DNA of 64,000 nucleotides from Octopus sinensis. Taxonomy: Eukaryota. Positions 53,180 through 64,000 of this stretch are shown here, in pieces. The stretch lies in NCBI RefSeq assembly GCF_006345805.1, contig NC_043006.1:87792001-87856000 (forward strand), read 5' to 3'. The notes below the pieces were generated by a model, which saw only the letters and a list, made by a program, of their open reading frames with translations, was not told the DNA's origin and searched no databases. Both the position numbers and the translations under genes were made by a program. The first letter of the stretch is position 1; every line of letters begins with the position of its first letter.

Positions 53180-53418
53180 TCTTACCTTTTACTTGTTTCA
53201 ATCATTAGAGTGTGGCCACGCTGGGGCATTGCTCTGAAGAATTTTAGTTGATCAAATCAACCCCATTACTTATTCTTTTTAAGCCTAGTGCATAAAGCCC
53301 AGTATTTATTCTATTGGTCTCTTTTGCTGAACCACTAAGTTACAGGGACATGAACACACTAATACCAGCTGTTGAGGGATGGTGAGGGACAAAGAGAGAC
53401 ACAAAGACCCACAGACAT
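53180..53418 (-). mobile_element. CORE-like SINE 3' half (diverged)
   Basis: TTACTTGTTTCA.TCATT.GA.TGTGGCCA.GCTGG.GCA...AAGCCTAGT...TTATTCTAT matches the SINE tail. Confidence 0.65.
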
Positions 53419-54590
53419 TGTGCAGAGACCAACTTCCACCACATTCCAGGGAGAAAAACTAGAAATAGTTGATAAGCTTCCATTACCTAGGTGACCAAGT
53501 CAGTAGAGGGGGTGGGTGTGCTGAAAGTGTAACTGCTAGAGTAAGAATAGCCTGGGCAAAGTTCAGAGAGCTCTTACCTCTGCTGGTGACTAAAGGCCTC
53601 TTGCTCAGAGTAAAAGGCAGACTGTATGACGCGTGTGTACGAACAGCCATGCTACATGGTAGTGAAACATGGGCCGTGACTGCTGAAGATATGCGTAAGC
53701 TCGCAAGAAATGAAGCCAGTATGCTCCGATGGATGTGTAATGTCAGTGTTCATACTTGACAGAGTGCTAGTACCTTGAGAGAAATGTTGAACCTAAGAAG
53801 CATCAGTTGTGGTGTGCAAGAGAGACGATTGCACTGGTATGGTCATGTGGCGAGAATGGATGAAGATAGCTGTGTGAAAAAGTGCCACACCCTAGCGGTT
53901 GAGGGAACCTGTGGAAGAGGTAGACCCAGGAAAACCTGGGACGAGGTGGTGAAGCTCGACCTCCGAACTTTAGGTCTCACCGAGGAAATGACTAGAGACC
54001 GTGACCTATGGAAGTATGCTGTGCATGAGAAGACCTGGCAGGACAAGTGAGACCATAACCCATGGCCTCTACCTGGGATGTAGCCAGTCCACTTATGCAT
54101 ACCTTTCCTTTTTGGGACAAAAAACTCTACTTGTGCAGACGTGTTGAGGCAAGTGGAAATCGAAATCGATCAACGTCAATGGAAATTGTAGCTGTGATAC
54201 CAGTGCCGGTGGCATGTAAGTGAACCATCTGAACGTGGCCATCACCAGAGCCACCCCGACGGGCCGCCGTGCCGGTGGCACATAAAAAGCACCATCCAAT
54301 CGTGGCTGTTGCCAGTCTCTCCTGGCCCCCATGCTGGTGGCATGTAAAAAGCACCATCCGATCGTGGCCGATGCCGGCCTTGCCTGGCCCCCGTGCTAGT
54401 GGCACGTAAAAAGCACCATTCGACCATGGTCGTTTACCAGCCCTGTCTGGCACCTGTGCCGGTGGCACGTAAAAAGCACCCACTACACTCACGGAGTGGT
54501 TGGCGTTAGGAAGGGCATCCAGCCATAGAAACATTGCCAGATCAGACTGGACCTGGTGCAGCCTTCTGGCTTCCAAGACCCCAGTTGAAG
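53419..54590 (+). mobile_element. 5'-truncated RTE LINE (RT thumb plus 3'UTR)
   Basis: Homologous to about 59646-60900: YLGDQVS.GGGCAESV.ARVRIAWAKFRELLPLL...RGRPRKTWDEVVK. Stop at 53757-53759. Confidence 0.9.
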
Positions 54591-55612
54591 ATAATGATTA
54601 ATAACATAGGTTGCACTTAATTTTGAGTGACAGACAGTTTTATCAAGATCACCTCTTTCATCTATCTCAACAAGGTTGATAACATTTGTATATGTAATAC
54701 CTGGTACTTAGAAGATTTATCATAATATCAAAAAGTGCTGGCTTATTCATCATAATTCTTTTCTATAGGCCTGATTTGGGTGGCAGGACACACTTCACTG
54801 ATGTAGTACCACCTTATCATTGAGAGCATTCAAATAAGTTAACTCTTTTACAGATTTTCATCCAGGCCCATGGTTCTCTCTCTCCTCATGCTTTTTCTTT
54901 TCTGCATTGACTTATAAATGGTTAGTTTGACCATCGGTCACATCGGTCTCACCAGTCCAGGAAATCCAGCAAATCTTATGGACACTGCCCTTCCTTACAT
55001 CAGTCAGTAATAAGAAGCATCAAAATATTAGACGTGTATTTCTAATGTTGTAATTTCCGATATCTATCAATTCTACTTTCGAATTAGTTGGCAATCTTTG
55101 ATTCAGCAACCTCTTTGATAATCAATTTCAGCTGGTATTCATTCTTATTGAGAAGGTTAACTACTTTGCAAATATGTTGCCTTACTTCTCAACTCACTTG
55201 CTACCAACCTACCTGAGACTACACCTTCTTCTAATGATGTAAACTTTCAGTTTTAAAGTGATTTAAACTAAAACTTCCATTCAAAATTTCATGTTGATTT
55301 ATGTTCCAAACATCAGATTAATGATAACAAAGTTATTTCATTAAATTCTTTATTATTTTCAAAATTAAGTGAAATAAAAGCAGTGTATTTCAACAGAAAT
55401 GTTATAAAAAATGGTTAAGTAATTCATAAGAATTCTTTTCTGAGGAATGATGGGATTCTAAGATACCTTCTACGTTGAGGTTGACTTTTATTGCTATTAA
55501 ATATTAGGGAATGAAACATGCTAAAGGGTCGCAAACCCAGGTGCAAATTTTTGTTTACAAACAAGTTCCATTTTTTTCAGTCTTCATAATAATAATAATA
55601 ATAATAATAATA

Positions 55613-55658
<46 letters not shown>

Positions 55659-56244
55659 TTGTACATCAGTCAAATCAGTCAAATATAACAGTGGAAAAGT
55701 AATGTTTCAAATCAGTTCAAAAATGTTTCTACTCTTGTGTTTTTTTTGTTTTGGAGATGTAGTTTATCAGGAGGATGTTCAAAGTGTTTTTGTTGCCCCA
55801 CCACACAAAAAATTTTCATGAGCCTATGTCTAGAGAACATTAAAGTCAAATGGGAACATAAAGTTCTGATGTTACAGTTAGTTTGGTGATTCTCCTTGGA
55901 CTATTTTTGTAGAATTCTACCTCTCTCAATTGTTTACATCTTTCAAGATCTTATAGATATAAGAATTCATGAAATTATTCGAAAAATATAAAATTTTTTC
56001 ATATTCATAAGTTAGCTGCTTTGAAATAAATCAAGGATTCAAAATAAAAAAACTCTTTGTTACATTTCAACATTCCCATTGTCTTCAAAAGTGTTAATGA
56101 TTGGCAGAAAACTCACACTTTCAAATACATGCAAGCCATTCATGAGACGACAAACAAGACTAATTAATTAGAGATGAACTAAGCAGCATCAAATGATATA
56201 TAGGTGTGTGCAATCATATTTAACACATTCATGTGCATGAGGGA

Positions 56245-56290
56245 ACTTCCGGTGGCCTACCGGAAGTAATCCAATTCTGCGCATGTGCGC
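56245..56290. promoter_or_regulatory. Candidate promoter motif cluster: inverted ETS/GABP sites plus an NRF1-like site
   Basis: ACTTCCGGT-GGCCT-ACCGGAAGT (56245-56267) and TGCGCATGTGCGC (56278-56290), in a small CpG-containing patch. Confidence 0.35.
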
Positions 56291-57117
56291 TGAAACTTCC
56301 ACAGTAGCGTCACTAAAAAGTTTTTAGTTGCTTTGAATGATGACTCTATCCATAGCTGATGATCCACAACAACAGAGAAATGAATATTTTCGCTCAAGAT
56401 AATTTCTGTAGTATGCCGTTCCATGTCCAAGTGTGTACAAACATGTTAAACATGAGTGTACACAGCTATATAAACAAGTTTAGGCTAATGCATGAAGCAC
56501 AGCCCTGTAGGATGCTGTTTCAAACTTCCACCAGTAACATGTGCAACAACCACAAAATGCTAACCTTTTGTCACCTTCTAAAAACAGCTTTTTTCTTCTA
56601 AAACATAAACTTTTGAGAAAATCCTCTTGTTTCTAAATTTGTATTTTCTATTAAGATTTCTCATTTGCAGTGTCTATCTAACATTATGAAATATCCTCCA
56701 TCTTTAGAACTGCTATCAACATATTCCTAAAGCATACAAGTTATGTAAGTCTTAAAATGTCAAAGCTCTCATTGTGGTATATTACAAACAATCAACAGAA
56801 CTAATGAGTAGAAAAAATATTTCTTTCATGTTAAACTATCTGAAGTTGATTCATCATCTAAACATAATATCTCCATTGCAACACTTCTCCTACCTTCATT
56901 AGTTTCAAGGAATTCATAATTCTGAAATATTTCCTCAATTATTTAAGTGAATAGTTTTTTTTACAGTTATTAGTAATATGACAGTGATCATCTAGGGCAC
57001 TGCCTTCAAGTATTTTTACTCAACCCCAGTAATTATTTCAATTTTAGTTTATCATTCTCTTCTTATTGAATGGTTAAGTTACAACTTGATAAACAAAACA
57101 TGGTTTGCTCCAGTGAA

Positions 57118-57515
57118 CATACATACATACATACATGATGGCTGTCCCCTCATTATCGAGTATGGCCATTGCACGAAGCTTAACTGATTGTTAACATGTT
57201 AATAATCATGAACAATGTTGTTATCGTGCAATGCCTGTGCAAGAAGATTTTTTTTTAAAGTGAGGAAAGGCTGTGCACTGAGTCAATCCCACTCACTAAG
57301 CAACAGCAGCCATGATTCGAAAAGAAGAACAAGTCAACATCATCGGTAACTACTGAGCCGCAAGTTTTATGTTGGAGTTATCCCAGTTACCTGAGTTACC
57401 TTCTAGAAGGATGCCCTAACAAAGGCTAGGAGTCCTTCACTCCCAATGGTTTAACCGCGCGATCAGGTATTCAGTCCAATTATTTCTATGTCCCCACGCA
57501 TGATACAGCCTTAAG
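57118..57515 (-). mobile_element. Second, 5'-truncated copy of the 35920-36480 retroposon
   Basis: Reverse complement of about 36120-36480, with an (ATGT)n tail and a small internal indel. Confidence 0.8.
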
Positions 57516-57715
57516 CCTTAAGAAAAAAAAAAATACATACATATAGCAGTTTTGATCACAAGTGCTCAATGAATGGGAATGTAAAACGCTGAGTAGCAGT
57601 TTTTGTGATATTTTTGTGAGGTTTTTACAGCTTTAATAATAAAGCATATTACTCTACCACCAGTATTCAAGTACTATTTTTTCCCACCTTGCTTCACATT
57701 TATGTGCTTACTCAA

Positions 57716-57748
<33 letters not shown>

Positions 57749-57749
57749 A

Positions 57750-60700
57750 TGATCTTATGGTTTGCATAATGATCTTTGCATAATGATCTTATGGCTTGCA
57801 ATACCAACTTCAGGAAACCCGCCCGTCACCTAGTCACCTATCGTTCTGGCAGACACACTAGCCAAATTGACTATATCCTCACCAGAAAAAGGGAAAGAGG
57901 GCTGCTTATAAATGCCACAACCTTTCCAGGCGAAGAATGTACCCCTCAACATAGATTAGTAGTTAGCGACTTCAGGATCAGGGCTGAATGGATGCCCAGA
58001 AGAAGACCAGCCTGGAGGAGAAGGGTCTGGAAACTTAAAGATCCTGCAAATGGGCAGAGATTTAAAAACATATTACTCGAAGCCTTTGATAAAATAGAAG
58101 GGGATATAGCATCACATAATGTGGAAGACAACTGGAGGTTTCTAAGGGACAACCTGCTGAGAGCCACTGACCAGATCTGTGGCTGGTGCAAAGTCCCCAC
58201 TCGACCCAAGGTAACATGGTGGTGGAACAATGTGGTTGACAGGGCTATTAGACAAAAGAAACAGGTTTGGAAGGACTGGAAGAAAGGAGGTAGCAGGGAA
58301 CTGTATCAGACTGCCAGAAGGGAAGCTAGGAGACAAGTTTATTTAGCCAGATGGGAAGCAGATAAGAAAAATTTGCCTATGTTCTGCGCCGTGAGGACCA
58401 AAGACTTGAGGTATTTCGTGTTGCAAGACAGTGTGTGAGAGAGAATCGTGATGTGGTAGGAGAGAAATGTATTTGCATGGATGATGGTTCACTTGCGCTA
58501 AATGAGGATGCAAAGAGAGAGGTTTGGAGATGCCACTATGAAAGGTTGCTGAATAAAGAAAATGAATGGGATAAAGAGAGTCTGCTGAATGTCGACCCAA
58601 CAGAAGGACCAGCTATCCAAGTTGACAGTTCTTTGGTAGTTAAGGAAATTAGAAGCATGAAGACAGGGAAAGCCCCAGGCCCATCAGGAATTACTGCAGA
58701 GATGCTCAAAATATCTGGCAGTGTCGGCTATAGCCTAGTCACCCGTATAGTTAACCAGGTGATACATGAAGGAGTCATACCCAATGACTGGTGTAGCAGC
58801 ATAATAGTCAACTGCTACAAAGGTAAAGGCGATGCCCTAGATACAAATAATTACAGAGGTATCAAGCTGTTGGATCAGGTGATGAAGGTTACGGAGAGGG
58901 TCATAGCACAACTGATTAGGGAGAGAGTCAACTTGGATGAGATGCAGTTTAGTTTCGTGCCAGGGAAAAGCACCACCGATGCCATATTTCTGGTGAGACA
59001 GCTGCAGGAGAAATACCTAGCCAAAGATAAGCCCCTGTACCTGGCTTTCGTTGACATGGAGAAAGCCTTCAACAGGGTCCCCCGATCCCTTATCTGGTGG
59101 TCGATGAGGAAACTAGGGATAGATGAATGGCTGGTGAGAGCTGTGCAAGCCATGTACAGGGACGCTGTAAGTAAGGTAAGTGTTGACAATGTGTACACTG
59201 AAGAATTCAAAGTAGAGGTTGGGTTCCACCAGGGTTCAGTCCTCAGCCCCCTTCTATTTATCATAGTCCTCCAGGAAATTACGGAGGAATTCAAGACAGG
59301 ATGCCCCTAGGAGCTCCTCTATGCTGACAACCTTGCTCTAATTGCTGAGTCACTATCAGAACTGGAGGAGAAGTTTCAGGTGTGGAAACAAGGATTAGAA
59401 TCGAAGGGCCTTAGAGTCAACCTAGCTAAAACCAAAGTCCTAATAAGTAGGAAGGTAGACAAGTCACAAACGCCTTCAGGTAGATGGCCCTGCTCGATCT
59501 GTAGACAAGGTGTAGGTAGAAACTCTATAAGATGTACCCAGTGTAAGCTATGGACACCATAAGAGGTGCAGCAATGTCAAAGGAAGGCTAACTGGGAAGA
59601 TAGTTTTTGTATGTGGCAGATGCTCAGGAGCAATAAACACTGAAAATCTGCAGAAAACAACTTCCGTCACTTTCCAGGGAGAAAAACTAGAAGTAGTTGA
59701 TAGCTTCCGTTATCTAGGTGACCAAGTCAGTAGTGGGGGTGGGTGCGCTGAAAGTGTAACTCCTAGAGTCAGAATAGCCTGAGCAAAGTTCAGGAAGCTC
59801 TTACCTCTGCTGGTGACTAAAGGCCTCTCGCTCAGAGTAAAAGGCAGACTGTATGATGCATGTGTATGAACAGCCATGCTACATGGCAGTGAAACATGGG
59901 CCATGACTGCTGAGGACATGCGTAAGCTCGTGAGGAATGAAGCCAGTATGCTCCGATGGATGTGTAATGTCAGTGTGCATACTCGACAGAGTGTTAGTAC
60001 CTTGAGAGAAAAGTTGGACCTAAGAAGCATCAGCTGTGGTGTACAAGAGAGACGATTGCGCTGGTATGGTCATGTGGCAAGAATGGATGAAGATAGGTGT
60101 GTGAAAAAGTGCCAATCCCAAGCAGTTGAGGGAACCCATGGAAGAAGTAGACCCAGGAAAACCTGGGATGAGGTGGTGAAGCACGACCTTCAAACTTTAG
60201 GCCTCACCGAGGCAATGACCAGCGACCGAGACCTTTGGAAATATGCTGTGCGTGAGAAGACCAGGCAGAACAAGTGAGTCCATCGCAGCCAGCCCACTTA
60301 TGCATGCCTTTCCTCCCTTGGACACACAAAGACCTGTTCAGGCAAGCAAAGTCGAAATCGAACCTCATCCAATGACAGGCACCCATGCCAACCTCCCTTC
60401 ATTGGACACTAAACTCTGCTTGCGAAGACTTGTTGGGGCAAGTGAAATCAGAATCGAAATTGAACCAATCCTATGACTGGCACCCGGCACTTGCCAGGGC
60501 TGCTGGACTGACTCCTGTGCAGGTGGCAAGTAAAGAAACACCGTTTCAACCCTGTGCTTGAGGAGATCCATTGAGTCAAGTACACCAACATCAAAAATCA
60601 ATGGAAACTGCAGTTGTGATCCCTGTGCCGGTGGCACGTAAAAAGCACCATCTGGACGTGGCTGATGCCACTGCTGCCTTGACTGGCTTCCGTGCCGGTG

Positions 60701-60946
60701 GCACGTAAAAAGCACTAATCCGATTGTGGCCGTTGCCAGCCTCACCTGGCACCTGTGCCAGTGGCACATAAAAAGCACCCACTACACTCACGGAGTGGTT
60801 GGCGTTAGGAAGGGCATCAGCTGTAGAAACACTGCCGGATCAGACTGAAGCCTGGTGCAGCCTTCTGGCTTCCCATATCCCCGGTCGAACCGTCCAACCC
60901 ATGGTAGCATGGAGAACGGACATTAAACGATGATGATGATGATGAT
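57750..60946 (+). mobile_element. 5'-truncated RTE LINE (APE C-terminus, RT, PHD-like insert, 3'UTR, (GAT)n tail); inactivated
   Basis: TYRSGRHTSQIDYILTR (APE end); KAPGPSGITAEML, NYRGIKLL, LYLAFVDMEKAF, GFHQGSVLSPLLF, LLYADNL. Frameshifts near 58375 and 59558. Stops at 59308 and about 59866. YADD is mutated to YADN. Confidence 0.93.
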
Positions 60947-62019
60947 ATATATGCATGTCAACTTAGGCAAATATTCTCTACCATAACCGTCAGGTTGAGC
61001 AAACCTTGTAGGAAAATCTAGTGAGATTCCATTGTGTGTATATGCATATTTTTCAACAATGTATATCAGCAAAGAATATAAGCATCAGCAGCAAAATGTT
61101 TTTACATCAGTTCATGGTTACACAGGTACCTAAAACAATTAGGGAAAGCATGGTATGTGTTACCAAACCACTTGCAAGTGATAACTATTAGCTGTACCTT
61201 TAGTATTGCTATCATATTAACTGCTATTTTATTTTCATGGTGATAAATTTAATTATATTCTAATTTTGGTAGAAAGTCGTGACCAAATAAGATTGATATC
61301 ATTTTAAGTAACCAATCACATAACTATAACTCCAGAGGTAAATGTATTTTGAAATAAATCTCTAAACTTTTGTGTCATAAAGGGGCATATTTGTTGTTGC
61401 TGACCAAGCAGACCTCCCATCTAAGACATTCCAGCTGCGACCATTACATCTGTTATTTCAAGCAGCATATCAAGGATATATATAATTTAATGTCCTTTTT
61501 ATTTTTTCTAAGATAGTATAATACAATTTGATGGAGATTTGACATTTGACTGTTCTTTCTAACTGGTCAAACTAAATGAAAGATTAAATTGAAAGAGACA
61601 CAATTTTGACTTTAAAAAATAGAAAAAAATAGTATTGAACCAATTTAGGATTAAATACACTACTTGATCTTCTAGAAGTAGTAGTCAAATTTCCCTCAAG
61701 TTTCACCTCACTGTCTTAGAAAAGGAAGGGCACATTAATTCAGCCATTTTCAAACGGACAAGTTCCCCCAACTTACTAAAAGTAGTTAGCAAATTGGTGG
61801 TAGTGGTGGTGGTGAGGGGCTGTTCTTCTTTATTAATGAGAAAAGAATATAGTTTGCATCCATATAATTCACCTTCATTATGGTGGTGGACAAGTTTAAA
61901 AAGTTAGAAGTGCAAGATACATAATTTTACAAAATGTAAATTATAGGCAGAAACAACTCCTGTAGTAATATTACATTTATTCTGGGACAACTGTTCATGG
62001 ATTCTGGGATGGTTGTTTA

Positions 62020-63150
62020 TCAAGGCAACTCACCGTCCCCTTGTAAAGGACTTCTGTATTTTGTTTTCATACTAACTTAAGCAGAAAAGCCTTTTTCACA
62101 CAAATACGTTGAACTAAATGGAAACACGATATGTATTGCCTTCTTTGAGAAAAGTTAAGCAGATAGAAATTCGTTCCAAAAGCTTTGAAAATTAAGAAAC
62201 ATTTTGAAACTAGTATCAGTTTTCATATCAATAATTACTTCAGTTAACTCTTGCAAAATATTTTCAATATCTCACAGGAACAGACTCCCTACTGATTTGG
62301 AATTTTTATCTGTAATCTCAGAGAAATATTTATACTTAAAAGTTATCAGGAACGTTTTATCTAGATCTTCAAGAAAGGTATTTCCAGTAGTGCCCACAGT
62401 TTCTGTGGTTATGAAAATGTCTCAAGAGAAGGAAGTGATACATAATTCCTTGACCACAGTTCTCATGAAATGCACTAATTTTTCCATTTTACAGAAACAG
62501 ATTCGAATGCCCTCCTTGAAAGGACAAGTAAAAGGCACTGACTTTATCAAAGATGTCAGTGAGATAAGATAAATGCAACACAAATTTCTCATCAAACAGA
62601 AAACTGATTAAATTTTGAATTTTCTGTGACAATATACCATAGATTATTCCTTCATGAAGCTTAAGGACCCTTTGAAGAACTTTTCCATGTGACAGCCATT
62701 TAGCTTCTGACTGCAACAACTTTTGTAAGCAGCTCTTGCTACATTACATAATACAGAAAATAATCAAACATTGGTTGGATTGGCTTTAATGACATTCACG
62801 ATCTTCACAGTAACTCCCATAGGAATACATAGATCATGACTCTTTTCCTTTGATGCTAGAACATGTTGATGAATAATGCAATGCATCTGCAGAAAATCAT
62901 TCTCATATAACTGTTTGATTCTGGCACATAACCCACTGTGTTTTCTTGTGTTAGCTGCACTGTCTGGTGCACACTGTGATACTCGCACTCACACATAGAT
63001 TATTATTCACGAGAAAAGTTAGCAAAAGCCAGAGAATTTCACTTGATGTAGCTCAAGGCAACAAGGCCTGATAAAACAAAACTAAAAGTCTTTGCAGAGT
63101 TTATTTGCATTAAAGGTATCAAATGCAGCATAACACTTTTACTTGACTTG
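62020..63150 (-). pseudogene. Degenerate hAT (Charlie/Buster-type) transposase fragment
   Basis: CAPDSAAN..KHSGLCARIK...HCIIHQHVLASK; EAKWLSHGKVLQR...LSYLTDIF; C-terminal KGFSA..MKTKYRS, resembling the hAT dimerisation domain. Confidence 0.8.
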
Positions 63151-63431
63151 CAATATTATTGGTAGTTCCATCTAACTGTAATGCAAAACGACAATTGAAT
63201 CCTTTGACATTTCATCTATTGTTACTATGGGACTGGAATAAGTTTCATATTCAATTTTAATGTGGTTTTCTCATTAGCTAAGCAATAGCTCATTCTATAA
63301 GCAATGGATAGAATGAAAAATTAACCAACTATATGCATTTTGTTAGTCTTTGCAATCATTTCTGACACAATATTATAAGATAGTTGGAAGCAAGATGAAA
63401 ATTTTGTAACATATGAAACCAACATAGTATT

Positions 63432-63572
63432 TTAAAGTTTGAATAACCATTGCCCTCAGTGGAATTTGAACTCAGAACATAAAGACAAGTGTAATACCAC
63501 TAAGCATTTTGCCAGTATGGTAATGATTCTGCCATTTTGCCACTTTAATAATAATAATAAAAATTATTATTA

Positions 63573-63606
<34 letters not shown>

Positions 63607-63765
63607 CATTATTATTATTATTTGCCTGTCCTTATGTTCTGATCAAATTCCACCAAGGTCAACTTCACCTGTCATCTTTTCAGGGTTGATCAATTTAGTA
63701 CCAGCAAAACACTTGGGTCAATGTAATCAATTAGTCTTCTCCCCACAAGTAGGAAGGATTATTAT
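63432..63765. mobile_element. Head-to-head pair of Nin/Deu-like SINE fragments (63432-63545 minus, 63623-63765 plus) around (ATT)n
   Basis: GTGGAATTTGAACTCAGAACATAAAGAC on the left is the reverse complement of GTCCTTATGTTCTGATCAAATTCCAC on the right. Confidence 0.7.
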
Positions 63766-63786
63766 CATTATCATTATTATTATTAT

Positions 63787-64000
63787 CCAGTGAGAGAGCA
63801 GTGCATGCCGTCAAAGTGATGCTGGGGTAAAATATACGAAGCCCAATATAATCATCATGACCACTAGTCTGATATAAGTACACCAGGCACATGCATCACA
63901 ACCACATATGCTTGACATGGTGATCTTATATCAAGATAAACAGCACATGACCTTGCAGCTGGGACCCAGTTAGAATTTTCCTTAGATCAAGTAGCCCACC
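63787..64000 (-). mobile_element. 3' part of the (AAT)n-flanked repeat seen at 47276-47832 (cut by the window end)
   Basis: AGTGAGAGAGCAGTGCATGC.TCAAAGTGA...GTAAAATATACGAAGCCC is the reverse complement of about 47785-47832. Confidence 0.75.

Noticed and set aside
54200-54485. CRISPR-like array (conserved palindromic repeat with intervening variable sequence)
   Set aside because: The intervening segments are homologous to each other, the array is part of an RTE 3'UTR present in several copies, and there are no cas genes. The DNA is eukaryotic.

Overview
AT-rich eukaryotic DNA made almost entirely of transposable-element debris and (TA)n, (TG)n and (AAT)n microsatellites. The SINE and LINE families look like those of an octopus/cephalopod genome; this is my recollection and has not been searched. 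I cannot support any host protein-coding gene. Nearly all ORF-track entries are microsatellite or low-complexity artefacts, or TE fragments. The only long intact reading frame belongs to a Penelope-like retroelement (PLE; RT plus C-terminal GIY-YIG, Neptune-like Cys linker) on the minus strand. That frame is open for about 800 codons (19310 to 16911), and the element sits inside a (TA)n tract. The most interesting signal is RNA structure: three different type-I hammerhead-ribozyme-like motifs. One is at 8836-8870, one is in the PLE 3' end at 16042-16079, and one is present in both arms of a 468-bp fold-back at 19807-20274. All three have an extra A after the CUGANGA-type core. The window also holds dead RTE LINEs (one with three C-terminal C2H2 fingers, another with a PHD-type finger inside the RT region and a tandem-hairpin 3'UTR). 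Other elements are mariner and hAT remnants, MITEs, Helitron-like elements, a 710-bp palindrome, an R4/Dong-like fragment within an (AAT)n-associated retroposon nest, and many SINE copies.
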